NCBI GenBank assembly: GCA_973895155.1
Contig: OZ316899.1
Span: forward strand, 8,373,241 to 8,437,240
Length of the DNA: 64,000 nucleotides
Origin: Marsupella aquatica
Lineage: Eukaryota > Plantae > Marchantiophyta
Reading direction: 5' to 3'
Shown here: in pieces, positions 1 through 12,806 of the stretch
How positions within the stretch are numbered: the first letter of the stretch is position 1
Layout: the number at the start of each line of letters is the position of its first letter
Made by a program: the position numbers and the translations under genes
Notes under the pieces: generated by a model
The model's database searches: none
What the model saw: the letters and a program-made list of their open reading frames with translations, nothing else
Told to the model about the DNA's origin: nothing

Positions 1-1759
1 CAAACACAATGTGGACGTCATGCACATTGAGAAAAATATTTGTGAGAGCTTGCTGAAGTTCTTGTCGGGTGAGAAAGATACAGGAGCAGTTCGAGCTGAT
101 ATGCAACAGAAGGGGATTCGCCCTCACCTTTGGTTGAAGCCCCATGCAAGCAATCCCAATGTACTTCTCAAGTTCCAAGCTCCCTATGTGTGCACACAGG
201 AAGAATGGAAGACATTCTTGTATAGATTGAGCTGTCTGAAAGTGCCCTCTGGCTATGCTGGTGCCTTCAAGAAGCATATTACAAAGAATAAACTTGGCAG
301 TATGAAAACACATGACTACCATGTGTTGATGCAGCACACTTTGCCCCTATGCCTTAGAGGTCTCATGCAAAAACCAGTCCGTAATGTCATTCTTCGACTG
401 TGCAATGTATTTCCCCGTATATGTGTGAAAGTGTGGGATCCCCAAGGATTGGAGCAGTTGAAGCAGGATGCTGCTTATGTCCTCTGTGACTTGGAGATAT
501 ACTTCCCCCCTGCTTTCTTTGATGTTATGACTCATCTCCTAATCCATGTGGTAGAAGAGCTAGGGTAGTATGGGCCAGTCAGTACAAGATGGATGTACCC
601 TATGGAGCGATACATGAAGTTGTTGAAAGGTCATGTGAGAACATACTACAGGCCAGAGGCTTCCATGGCATTGGGGTACATTAAGGATGAGACGTTGGGG
701 TTCCTAACAGAGTACATGGCGGGGTCTGGTGAAGCTATGACAAGAGTTTGGAAATCTGGTGAAGATGATGGAGTGAGTGGCAAGGTTGTTGAAGGTGTGG
801 GACATGCTGTGCAACAGTCTGTTGCGATTCAAGACAAGGCTCATTCATATGTGCTGGCAAACACAGAGCCTATGCAACCATGGTGGAGGTGAGTGATTGA
901 ATTGGCTTGCCTTTGTTGTGATGCTTCTTGTCTATTCCAAGGGTGATCTTAGGTTGTCATGTGTTGTTTAGACCTAACTATGCCTGTACCTCATATTGCA
1001 GGGAATATGATATGCAAAAAGCTGCACACTCTGGGCAGCAGGATCCCTTCCCACAGTTCGAGCAGTTGATTTTGGGTGGCAATTTGAGAGCATAGTAGAC
1101 ATCACCCAAATATGGAGAAGGATTTGTATCTATCTGTGCCACCACGATTGTCTATTCTGACCTACAAACGGATGAGAGCTTATGGAAATCATTATCGAGT
1201 GAGGGATGAGCAGGGTGACCATTGTGTATCATATGATTGTGGTTTGATATATGTGTTTGAGCAGAGAACCTCTGAAGAATAGAGGGGGTGGATGAAGATG
1301 GGTTACGTGGGGGAGTTGACAGACATTTGGGTCTTGAATTATGGTAACACAAGTGTCCCTGTAATATTGATGAAGGGAGCATGGGTGAAATCAGAATGGC
1401 AGAGGCCAAGGGCCACCATGAAGCATGATCCTGATGGGTTCTTGTTGGCCAATTTTAGGTCCAGAGTACCAGAATGGTCTGAGCCTTTTGTTTTCCCTAG
1501 CCAAGTTGAATAGGCTTTCTTTCTAGATGTGGAGGGGTCACATGACTGGAGGGTGGTATGCCATAGCCAAGCACGGAACAGGCGAATGGATGGAAGTAAA
1601 GTAGAGTTAAGTTTGGATGACCATGCTACATTTGAGCATCCTAGTCAGGAGACTGTAGTTCCAACTCGGATAGGGACCGACTTCATCCCGTTAACATTGA
1701 GAGAGACATATGATGAACCTGGGGAGATGGAATATGATGAGGTTGATGATGTGCAATAG
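1..1759 (+). pseudogene. CACTA transposase Tnp2/TnpD C-terminal half (DUF4218/DUF4216-like), degenerate
   Basis: Motifs DVMHIEKNICESLL, MKTHDYHVLMQ, FPPAFFDVMTHLLIH, MYPMERYMKLLKGHVR..RPEASMA, EPFVFPSQVE and DWRVV. In-frame TAG stops at 566-568 and 1511-1513. GT-AG intron at 889-1001. Confidence 0.9.
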
Positions 1760-1936
1760 GCAACAGTTGGCAATTGGCAAGTATGAGGTTGAGGTTGACT
1801 ACCTGCACAGAGTCACAGAACGGGAATTGCTGCATGGAATGATGTTTAGGATAGTTGGATATGCATGAAATTGATTGATACTTTGAATCTAGTGTGTTGA
1901 TTCTCCCTGTTTGGTTGTGGGTGCTGTGCAGAAGCT

Positions 1937-4900
1937 ATGGGGGAAGAGGGTGATGACATGGAGACAGACATGGGGCTTGGAGAGTGGGGTGAAGAGGAAA
2001 GATTGGATATGGATGGAGATCCAGATGCAGGGGGCTCACAAAAAAATGCACTTGTGCAGGATGCACAGGGCCCTCATCAAGTGTCAGGTAGGTGGGCAGC
2101 TAGAGAGAAATCACATAATCCATACCCTAGAAGGAGCCAGAGTTATTGGCAAGGGACGCCTGATGATTATGATGATGACTATGATGGAGCAGAAGATGGA
2201 TGGGATGAATATGAACACCCAGAGCGTGGTAGAGACAGGTACAGAGGGCAATGGAAAGGTGAGGAGGATGATTGGACAAGTAAGTGCCTTGTGCTAGTGA
2301 TTTTGTGATGGTAGTAGAGATTTAGCTCAATATGGACTTATCTGATGTCTAGCTATGGCAAAGAGTTTATCTTACAGGTCCATCAGTGTGGCATGTACTT
2401 GTTGTTATGCAGACTCTGATTGGGACAATCACAAAAACAACAAAGGCCATCCACATTCAGATAGGAGGCAATCATTCACAGGCGAGAGAAATGGCGCTAA
2501 TTCATCAAGACAAAGCAATTGGACAGGTGGTCCAGAACCATCTATGCGCCAAGGGAGAGGTAACTTGGTCATTGCAAAATTGCTCTGAAGTCCAGTGTAT
2601 ATTTGGCAGCAAAATTTATGCTTCATACTTACCTAATGGATCCCGTAAATGTGCAGGGACTCCAGGGAGGTTTGGACAATGCAATCCAGGCCGTGGGGGG
2701 AGATCAGGCCGTGGAGGGACCCCAGGCCGTGGGGGGACACCAGGCCGTGGAGGGACACCTAGTAGCGCTTCAAGGAGTACCAAGGCAGGAGACAACAACA
2801 AATTTGGTAAAGTAGAAGTGAATTCTGATGGTTGGATAACTCCCACATGTGATGGTAAGAACCGTTGGCATTCTGACCTAAGAGGAGAAGTATTGCGTTG
2901 GTTAGATTTGAGCATTATAGAGTTTAGGAGTCAGAACAAAGCTGATTGGGCTGCTATCTGCAAGGACATTCTTGAACGGTGGGACTATGTTGGTAATGAT
3001 GGTAAGGGCCCAGTTGAAGATTACATATCAGATTATGCAATGAGGATTTTGAAACAAGAGAGGCATAGGTTGAAAAGGATGTGGATAGACAATGGTTCTA
3101 ACAGGAGAATGCCACCACCCCCATCATTGGAACTGGATCAATGGACACGGTTAATCAAAAGGTTCATGTCGGAGGCTGGACAGAGCAAGAGTGAACTGAT
3201 GTCAAATGCTCGAGGCAAAGTGAAACACCTTTCACAGGCTGGGAGAGGAAGTTATGCTCCAGTGAAAGAACAATTGGTAAGGCAGTGACATGCCTGATAG
3301 TAAGCCTCAAACTTATCATCTTGCTACCATTATTACATTTTCATTGACAATCAACACTTGGTTTCATTCATATGTATGTTGATGTGGACTGCAGAAGAAA
3401 TTGACAGGTGAAGAACCATCAGCATAAGAAGTGAGAGAGGAGTTCATGAAACAAAGGAGTGAGGTGACAAGTGTGACTTCCAAATAGGTGATTATGTTGT
3501 AATTCTGTATGTTCTGTGACTATTTGGCCTTGAGTATCAGAAAGAAATGTAGTAGGAAGTAAGCAACCAGTTCTTGGAGACAATTATCTGAGATATGTAA
3601 GTTGTGTTATGACAAGGAACTGTTACAACTCTCACAGAGATGTGTGAACGGTTGAAGTCATTAGAGTGTGAACTCCCTCGAGTGGAAACAAAATTGGCTG
3701 ATCATTTGGATATTGTGGAGGCATCTGTAGCGAACCTTCTGGCATCAGTGGAATCTAATTTCAAGCTTGTGATTGAAAAATTGGGTGGTTCCCAACCAAA
3801 CAATGAGGGCAACATTGTACAAAGTGTGCCCTTGTTAACAAAAAAGGGAATTGGCAAATCTGACATGGGTATGGAAATGACACCGGCCCATTGTTCATTT
3901 TGTCCTATGTTCAAATGTTAGAAGTAAGTTTTCATGAATTGAGTGAATGGTTTGAATGCAGGAAGAGTGGAGGCAGAGAAGGACCCTGTAATCAGTAAGC
4001 AGAAGGGCAAGAAGGTTGCTGAAACAAGTAACCTGCTATGATCCAGTATGAATCATTTGAAAAGTGCATGCATGGAGTTTGTGAAGCTTAAGCAGGTTGG
4101 AGGTAATCTTTTCTGTAAGAACTGGTTGGATCAATTGGGATCTGAAGTGACATCATGATTGATGTATCAGGTGATTCAAAGAGCAATAATGAAAAAGATG
4201 TGCCCAGTGCCTCAGTGACCATAGCCAAGGAGGTATCAGGTAAGCTGATGCTTTAAATTCCTCTATATGAATGTTGAGAAACAATTCAGTGGTTAATAGA
4301 TTCAACCTGAATATTGTGGTGTATAAATTGATCAGCAGATTCAGACATGGAGGATATGGCAATGGCAAAGAAGGGGAAGAAGGTTGTTCATAATGGTAAG
4401 GAGATAGTGACAACTTTGTGGTTGGTGACATGTACATTTAGCACATGTGATGAGTGATTGACTTATGTTGGACATGACACTGAATTGTAGTTGATGCAGA
4501 GTTGACAGACTCTCAACCAAGTGGGAGCAGGGTGAAGCGACGTCGAAACTTGGGAGCAACATTGGATGCAAGTAAGATTGTAGATGCTTCAATTGAAGCA
4601 AGTACAGTGTTGGCAGATACTGAGATGATGTCGCAGGGAAATCTTGCTACACAATCGGAAGTGTCAAATATGGATGCAGATTCTTTGAAGAAGAGTGTAG
4701 CCAATTCTTGATCACCAGCACAAAACACTCGTGCCAAAGTCATGACTTGCAACCAAGGTATGAATAATGTCATGTATAAGCCACCTAGGAAAGCCAAGAA
4801 AAACAGCCAGGGTAAGGTGGAGGTGATAGCCACAGCAGAGCCAATCCATAATCTTCTATCATGGGAGGATGACTCTCAAGTATGTGTGGGTACAGGCATT

Positions 4901-5095
4901 TTGCGACCGGATCATGCTAAATTCCATGGCAAAGTGGTCCCGGATGACCATGTAGTAGTGTTGTTGAATACAGTGATTGTATCTGATTGTAATTTGCCAT
5001 TTCCAAATAGAGATGATGATCCACCTCAGGAAATAATTGTAGATGCAGTAGGATCTCTTGTGCTCTGGCCATCAAAGTGTGTTAGTCTGCAATGA
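1937..5095 (+). pseudogene. CACTA TnpA-like (Ptta/En/Spm; Tnp1-like C-terminus) multi-exon gene, exon structure only partly resolved
   Basis: The 2386-3288 ORF has ..ILKQERHRLKRMW..PPPSLELDQWTRLIKRF..SKSELMSNARGKV, typical of Ptta/En/Spm. The 4742-5095 ORF has VGTG..FHGKVVPDDHVVV..LPFP..DAVGSLVLWP, typical of the TnpA C-terminus. Several GT..AG introns lie between them. Confidence 0.78.
2685..2760 (+). repeat. 18-bp tandem repeat x4 encoding PGRGG(R/T) units in the TnpA-like protein
   Basis: CAGGCCGTGG(G/A)GG(G/A)... repeated four times; translation PGRGGRSGRGGTPGRGGTPGRGGTP. Confidence 0.85.
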
Positions 5096-5384
5096 CTGAA
5101 TGCAAGTGTAGATAGAATCATGTGAATTGTGTCACATTTTGACATTGCCTTGGAAAGATCCAAGAAATATCTGTACCAATTTTTCCATTTGGTAAAGAGG
5201 ATGAAAGAGCCGTTGTGTGTGACATTGATATTTCTGAATTCTGTATGTATGAGACAAGTGATTGATGTCAAACTATGGCTCTATGGTGATTGTCTATGAT
5301 ACTTGAATCTATTTTGTCTCATTTCAGTATTAGTGTGTATGGTATAGAGAAATACTTTGTGACCTTCTTTGTAGTCTATGATGT

Positions 5385-6060
5385 TTGAATCTGTGAATTC
5401 ATATTAGTGTACATGGTATAGAATAGAATATAGAAATATGAATTCACATACATGAACAATGAACTGTGCATGAATTCAAAACATTAGAATGGTATAGAAT
5501 TGTATATTCACATATGTGTTCATGTATATGAATTCACATGAACAGATGTATATGAATTCACATGTGTTCTAATGTTAACATGATGAATGGTGAGCTTATG
5601 GAGTGAGTTCATTCCAAGTACACAATAAAACATGAATGGAATGTGTTATTTGTGCACAAGAGTGAGTTCATTCCAAGTAGTATAGTGGGGTCTTCATCAC
5701 TCATATCCAGTTGACATGAAAGACTTATACATACCCCACAAAGTGTTTACTTTAGTGGTTTTATAAACCCACAAAGTATATTTAAAGACTACCCTCCATA
5801 ACCTTTTAGTCGTTCCAAACGACTCACCATCCCTGCCTATAAAAGACTGAAAACGACTCACCAAAGCTACCCACACAAAGACTACAATAGACTGAAAATC
5901 CAGTCTATTAAACAATTTACAAACCAGTTCTATAAGGACTCAGTTGATTATAGTAACAAAACATACGACTCGGAGTCCTATAAAGGATTGGAGTCCTTCC
6001 CAGTCGTTTCCAAGTCCTATACGGTACTGAATAGTCATTTAATGGGGTCTAAATACCCCC
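5385..6060. repeat. CACTA 3' subterminal repeat region
   Basis: Repeated ATGAATTCACAT-like units (5430-5565), GAGTGAGTTCATTCCAAGTA twice (about 5601 and 5660), and CGACTC/AGTCG motifs in both orientations (5805-6010) just inside the TIR. Confidence 0.65.
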
Positions 6061-6075
6061 CAATTTCTACTAGTG

Positions 6076-8156
6076 ACCTCGCCTCTCTCCCTTGGAATGG
6101 AAGTAGGTACTACAGGCAGGATATGACGGAGTTCATTCAGAACTTCGACGAGGCCCGCCAACAAACCCGAGCGCACGGGAGAGTGATGTGTCTCAATGAG
6201 GCCTGTTTGAAGATGATTTTCGGCCTACCCGAGGGGATAAACCGGGTAGAGTCGCGGGCTCTTGGGGGCAAGGGAGCTAAATACCAGTCTTCTAGCTTCC
6301 CGACTGAGGGAGCAGTGGACAACGGATTCTTGATGAGGACGTGGCTCATCCCAGAGGTAGCTGAATGCCTGGAGTTCCAGCGGTATGCCCTCCACATGAT
6401 GGAACCACGGGGAAAAATATCCGCCGCCCAGGTCATACAAGTAGAGAACTTTTGGCCTAGGAAGTGGGCGTCCTTCTTCGTTAAGAAGTTCCACAAAGAG
6501 ATGGAGCGGAGAAGGAAGACCTTGTACCTTGGCGGAAAGGCGTACTTCGCAAGCCACATCGAGATTATCATCGAATGGTACGCCCGTTTTGACCGCCGAA
6601 GCCTTCCCCGTTGCAACAAGATGGAATTGACTCCGTCAAAATGGGTATTCCCAGCTCAGGAGAGGCAACCACAGCCCAAAGCTCAAAGCCTGGCAGTCCC
6701 AAGACCTACTTCTCCGGCCCCGCAACCAACCACTACCGCCCACCAAGCACACCCATGGACACAGTTATCGCGACCTTGGAAGCGATCAATTGGGTCAACG
6801 CAATCGAAGCCGGGCCGGCTGAGGCCGGACCCAAACCCAAACCCGACACTACGGTGGCCAAGGAGATCTCGCCACCCCCCACGGCCGTGCAGGAGAACTG
6901 CCCGGTGGAACCAGCCCCTTCGCCCGACTTACCTGAAGGGCTGGATGTTTCCACTCCTACACCCTCGCGGGCTGGGGTCTGCCCATGCCCAAATCCAAAT
7001 GGACATAGTCTGGACCATCTGAAACTCTTTGCGTCGGGCACGTTTCTGAACGGGTTGTTGGGAGATTTCTTGCAGCAAATCTCACGGGATACCGGGGAAT
7101 ACATGGCACGGAAGGTGGCCTACTTCTTCAACCAGGAGTTGGTTGAGACCGTAAAGGCAGGACATGCGCAAGCGAAGACAGCGCAGAGAATAGAGCGATA
7201 CCGGGTTGAGTCTGCCTACCTGAAGGACAAAGTGGCAGCCCTAAAGACTGAACTCCAGCAACTGCAACCTCAAGTAACGGCCACGGAGGATCAGGTTGCC
7301 AAGGCCAGGGCCCGGGCAGCCTTAGCAGAGCAGGCCGGGCTCGGAAAGGACTCCGAGATCGCACGGCTCCGGACCAAGATTGACGGTTTGAAGGGACAAG
7401 CTGTCAGTTGGCAGAAGGATCTGGAGGAAGCTGACTCTCGATCTCAACGGGACGCGGCCGAGATTGACACCCTGAAGACAGAGGTAGCACGGCTTCAGTG
7501 AGAGGCCACGAAGCAAGCCTAGTTGGTGGAGAGCGACGTCCAGCAACTGGAGGAGGCATGTTAGGAGGCCGCAGAAGAGATGGATGCGGCGAAGCGCAAG
7601 AACGAATCTTTGTTGGACCAGGTCCAGCTACTCAAATAGGATACTGACAGGCTCAGGAGGCAGCGGGATAGCCGCTCCCACTCGAGCATCTCTGGCAAGC
7701 GTGCCAGGCATAAGCGGCGGAGTAGGATTAAAATAAAGTTAGGAGTAGCTAAATTGTGCTATAGGGACAAGCGCCTGCCCTAGTTAAAGCGGCACTGCCA
7801 TACTATCCAGCCTGCATAGATTAGGATCTTCTAATAAGACAAACCATTTTCCGGCTTGACAGCCAGCTTAGTTAGGATCGCAGTTAGCAAATCTACGGGC
7901 GCAAGGCCACTCCGGTCCTCAACCCTTAGTATTTAGTGCACCCCTCGGTAGAGGCAGGGGGTTTTTAGTCTCAGAGTCGGACATCCGCGGTATGTGCGGG
8001 GAGTCCCAACCTCTGTGAGTGAAAGAGTACCAAGGGGAGGGGGTAAGACTAAGCTCGTTGGGCAAGTGTGGAGCCGGGCTCCGTTGTAGTGTACACCCTT
8101 GGCCTTGGACCTGTTCATTCAAGAGCTTTTGGGTCAACTAAGTGTACATGTATGTC
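6076..8156 (+). repeat. Displaced, inverted middle part of the 5' LTR of gypsy element E1, carrying a copy of the LTR-encoded accessory ORF
   Basis: Reverse-complement match (about 90% by eye, with a few indels) to 13256-15226. Starts exactly at the CACTA terminus and ends with ATGTC at 8152-8156. Confidence 0.9.
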
Positions 8157-8508
8157 TGTGATGCCTAGCCAGGAATCACTAGGCCAGTTTAAATGATAAA
8201 ATAAGGAGTAAACCCTAGAAACACATTAGTATAGTAGCAAAAAGATGGAAAATATAAACAATTAAGGGTGGCTATGGAACCCGAGCCGAGGCCGGAAGTA
8301 AGAATGCCGGTGGAGGGAACACAATTAGGGTTAGGGCGCGCTAAGTGCCGGCGGCTATAGGTAACTAACGGGAAGGAAGACCAGTCAGGGAGGGGTAAGG
8401 ATCGATCGCAAGGAATGGTGGCTCATTTGCAAGCACGAACTAAGTAGACGACTACGGGAGGCCAACTACTGTCCGCTGCTCAGGCAAGCACTCGGGGTGG
8501 AAGCAGAT
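8157..8508 (+). repeat. First ~350 bp of the 5' LTR of gypsy element E2 (truncated, inverted relative to the rest of E2)
   Basis: Begins TGTGATGCCTAGCC. Reverse-complement match to 27446-27796. Similarity stops abruptly after AAGCAGAT at 8508. Confidence 0.9.
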
Positions 8509-10520
8509 TCACGTTGACCGAAGCCGGAAGCCTCGCGCAAAAGGGAAAGCTGATACTGCTGTCCCAAGTGAATCAACAAGGTCCGAGAAAAAACGTAAGT
8601 ATAATTTGTAGTTCTTTGGTTAGCGCCTAGCGCTGCTATGCCATTCAATATATGTTAGATTGCATTTGTCTCATTTGTTCTAGAAATAGATATATTTGCT
8701 TCCATCTCTTCGAGAAAGTTTGGCCAGCGCCGGGCGTTAGTATACTTTGCGTTTTCCATACGCTCAAAATCTAACATTGCCTTCCATTTGATCAGGGAGA
8801 AAGTCAGACGCCATCGGCAGTGGCAATACAAAGATAGATGCCACCCCAGAGGCATCTGAAGCCAATACAGGGCCTCCATCTGACCCACTTACACCCATCG
8901 AGAAAGGGAAGTCAATTGCTCCAGTAGATGCGGTCAGTACTAGAAAGAAGCAAAAAAGGGCAATTGAAGGTGGATCCTCCTCCGCTTGGGAAAGTGCGGC
9001 TGCAACGGGTGTTCAACGTGAAGTTGGTGACTTCAAAAACACTCTTTCAAGGCATTGCATGGTTGAGTCTAGCATCTCAGAATTCTATGACACAACGTTC
9101 AACAAAGAGGAGAAGCCTGACTGGGTAAATGGTGTAGAGAAATGGGCAAAGGACCTCATGAAGTTGGGATATCGAGACAAGGGAATTGTCCGAGGGGGGA
9201 AGGAAAGATCCTTTGGAGTACACGCAGGATTCATTTACCTTCCTACGGGTCTGAAACCATCGCTGCTAGACAAAAAAGTCCCAAAATGGAATACCCCCGA
9301 CCACACACTGGCAACATCATTCTTTCGTGGAATGGACCCATTTTTATCAGATGATGGAATGCTAGCAGTTTTGCATAATGGGGAGTACGATCCTATGTCT
9401 CAGGTTATATCCGCATGTCAGGAATTGAAGAAGTTTCATTGCATCTCCACACACAATGTTGTTATGTCAGTTCCTATGTACGCGTCGAAGATTGACCGAC
9501 AGGTAAATTCCAAGTCGTGATCTCTGTTTTTTACACTCAAAAATGTGTATGAATGCATGGAATGACATATCATTCTTGGTTTATCTCGCATATATTCACG
9601 CTCAGGCTAGACGTCTTTTGCCGAGTATCTCAGGAAGGGAAAGTACCCAAGGACTCAAGGTTTAGACTTCTGTTTGTTACAGAAGATCCCTCCGTCACTA
9701 ATTTAATTGGGCTTCCCACTCTCAATATAGATCCAACACCTAAGATGGAATTCGCAGGGAATGCCCGTTTGTCGGTTGGGTTCATGCAGTCTGTGATAGA
9801 GCTCATCACTCAGCCTCGGGATATTTTCATAGATTGGACAGTTGGTTCGGGTAGCTCTTTTGTAGCTGGAGACTATTCTAGGAGGTTTGTAATTGGACTG
9901 GAGAATCGGAAGGATTTCGTTGAAACTGGTTCCAAGGTGTTCTTAAATCTACTCTCTTCTAAGGAAGTAGAAACCTTGCCTCCCCCAATTCAACCACCGG
10001 AAAAGAAAAAGAGGGACAAGCTCCGGTCTGTACTTAATTTTGACTCCGATGATGAGTCAAGTGGGGGGACAGCAGATGAAGTGGACAAGGAGACAACTCA
10101 GGGGGGGTAAGGAGCAATCTGCTGGCGAGAGTGATAGCGATGACTCTTCCGAGTAATGTTTTGAAACTCGTAAGCTTCTTTCTCTTTTCCAGCTCCTTCA
10201 TGCATTTTGTGCTATTGATTGTATCTTTCAATCGGTTGTCTTACTTGGTTATCTACCCAGGTCCGAATGGAATACCAGAAAGCGCTTCCAACTTAGAAGA
10301 AAAGTTGCACGTTTTGAAATGGATACACTGGAGAAACCATTTGTTTTTCCGTCTTACGCTGAGAACACTGCGAGAAAGGAGGATAGTCGAAGGACTCTGT
10401 GCTGGGAAAACAAAGGTCTCTGCCTTCGAAGAGCAATTGACAGAAAGTTTGTTAGAAACCCGTATGTAGACGACGTTTCTAAGAGCAAGTATGTTGATGA
10501 CAAAGCAGTCTCTACCGACA
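8509..10520 (+). pseudogene. Spliced gene fragment encoding a beta-class N4C/N6A DNA methyltransferase-like domain (5' and 3' truncated)
   Basis: Exons about 8509-8594, 8796-9502, 9592-10152 and 10261-~10520 join in frame, except for an acceptor reading CAT instead of CAG at 9589-9591 and one extra G in the G7 run at 10101-10107. The protein has GFIYLPTGL (motif IV position), FLSDDGMLAVLH, and IELITQPRDIFIDWTVGSGSSFVAGDYSRRFVIGLE, resembling the N6_N4_Mtase consensus I...t.pGD.VlDpF.GSGtT..Aa...gR.fIGiE. Confidence 0.7.
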
Positions 10521-10522
10521 GA

Positions 10523-12806
10523 TTACAGAGCTTTGAATTGGCAGACTTCACAAGTCTCCACATAATCCTGAACGCTCAAGTACAAACCAGGCCACCAGTA
10601 AAGCTTCCTGATTCTGTCATAAGTCGCTTGAATCCCTCTGTGTCCAAAAATTTCCACATCATGACTCTCCTTGAGAATTTGGTCTTTCTCTGCCTTCATA
10701 CCCACAACCCTTTGAAGTAACAGTCCTGGTTCCTTTGACCTTCGCCACAGGTAACCCTCTTTCAATAGGAACTTGTAAGACCTCTTTCAAATTGTCACAA
10801 ACTCCTTGTAATCTCATTCTGGTTGCTTCTCAAGAGTACTGATATACCTTCCAACATCCAACAATTCTCCCGAATAGAGTACCTCCTTAAACTCTAACTT
10901 CCCATCAGCTTTAGAACTGGCCGCCCTACTTACTCGAGCCTCAACCTCATTTCCGAACCTGGCTCTCAAAAGCATGTCAGCAACCGGGTTATCCTTTCCA
11001 GCAATATGACTCAACTCAAGGTCAAACATCCAAATGAAAGCAATCCATCTAAGCATCGCTATATCCGGCGTATTGCAGTTTGCTATCATTCCCAGTAACA
11101 ATTGACAATCGGTCTCAATCACCATTGGGGATCCAATCAGGTAATTCCTCTCTTGATGGAGCGCCACTTTGGCACCGCAAAGCTCCTGCTTCACTTGGGC
11201 ATATCTCCTTTGTCTTTCCGTAAAGATCTTAGCCCCAAATCTAATTGCATACCTTTTGCCTTTCTCATCGTCCTGTCCAATAGCCCATCCAGCCGCCAAT
11301 GGGATCGCATCAACGGTAACTACCAATGGTCTCCCGCACTCATAATCCGCAGGTCAAAGCACCGGAGGGCTCATGAGAGCACTCTTCAACCTCAACATCG
11401 CCTCACTGTGTTCAAGTAACCATCGCCACTTAACTCATTTTCTCAGCAACTCATAGAGCGGATCCACAAGGTGTGAGAAATGAGGAATCCAGATCTTGTA
11501 AAACACACAAGCACCCAGAAACCTTCAAACTTCCGGCACCAACTCACAATCCTTCATCTTACTTATAGCCATCACCTTATCCATGTTTGGTTTCCGCCCA
11601 TAAGCTCCGCACATCTGACCAACAACCTTCACCTCTTTCATTCCAAACTCAGACTTCTCCCCCGAAAGAGTAAGTCCAACCTCAATCAGTTTCCCAAGAA
11701 TGGCCTTGACATCAACAATGTGGTCCCACACAAATTGCCGGATCCCATCACTCCTCAAGGTCTCATCCTTAATCTCATCCAAGCATCCCTTAATCGGAAC
11801 ATCATCAATAAATGGTCTTGCCTTTTCTGGAATGAACGGTTCCAGAACTTTACTCATCGCATTCTGCATATGCGCCATTGAGTTAGTCGCCCCTTGCGGA
11901 AGAGTGCACATCTGCAAGAGGCCCAAAGGAGTCCTCATAGTCGTTATGTCCGGACTTTCCTTCGACAATTGAAACTGATCATAGCCCAAAAACAGATCAC
12001 CCATTCAGTAGATTGCCCTCCCGGCAAACTCCTCGGAAAATTCATCCATGAGTGGTCCTACTCCCACATTCCTGATCGTCACTTTGTTTGGCGGCTGCAT
12101 GTCTTGGATGAACCTCAAACTCCCATTCTTTTTCCGAACCGTAAACCATATGTTTGAGTATGGAGCATCCAACCTCTCAAGAATCCTAGCACTTAGTTTT
12201 TCCTTCAATAGTTCCGCCAGCTTTGGAGCCAAAGACCGCGGAACAGCAATAGGCTTTAGATCCCACGGAACATGTGGGACAGTGAAGATGACCATCGGTG
12301 TCACCTTACTCGGATCTGCGCAACCAATCTCATCAATTGAGAATGAGAAAGCTTTGCCATGCTCCATAATCATCCTTTGAAACGCTTCCTGTTCCAGCTC
12401 AGTAAGCAGCCCATCAGATCCAATTTTGAGTCTTGCTAGACTCTCCTGGGTAAACTCATGCCCTATTCGACCTTTGGGTCTCAATCTCGGTTCCAGTTTG
12501 GCTTGTTCCATCACCTCCATTGCATTATCCGGCAAAGGTATTGCTGCGGGTCTCACCTTCTTGTTGACGGTCTTGTACTTTGTGTTTGAATAGACAATCT
12601 CAGAGATGAGCGAGTACTGATACTCGCTCAACTCTATCTCCATCTTCTCACTTTCCAAGTCGGAAACCACACTCTTGAGTGGCTCGTCACATCCGGTTTC
12701 CACCAAAACCCCCTCCAGACTCTCATCATCATCAAGCTTGTTAGACTTGGCCAAAGTCTAACTTGCTTCTTTCACATATCTCTTATGCCACCCGGTCATC
12801 TCACTC
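10523..12806 (-). mobile_element. Ty3/gypsy pol fragment (element E3): RT, RNase H, integrase Zn-finger; degenerate, rve core missing; interrupted at 12806 by E1
   Basis: RT motifs DLFLGYDQF, LPQGATNS and PFIDDVPIKG. RNase H VDA..AAGWAIGQ..IRFGAK and NPVADML. HHCC motif H..GHRG..CEVCQ. Multiple stops. Confidence 0.9.

Larger units (their letters stand above)
1..6075 (+). mobile_element. CACTA (En/Spm) DNA transposon, right part; left end outside window
   Basis: Tnp2/TnpD and TnpA-like coding regions, then subterminal repeats, then a terminus ...TTTCTACTAGTG at 6075 (reverse complement CACTAGTAGAAA). Sequence switches abruptly to gypsy LTR sequence at 6076. Confidence 0.92.

Noticed and set aside
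5385-5700. CRISPR-like array
   Set aside because: Short degenerate AT-rich repeats without regular unique spacers, in a eukaryotic CACTA subterminal context.
5988-7022. 344-aa ORF as a genuine gene
   Set aside because: It is a chimera of the CACTA terminus (to 6075) and the interrupted LTR ORF, with a non-ATG start and a frameshifted tail.
10319-10720. 133-aa plus-strand ORF
   Set aside because: It spans the junction between the last MTase-like exon and antisense E3 integrase, so it is not a separate gene.
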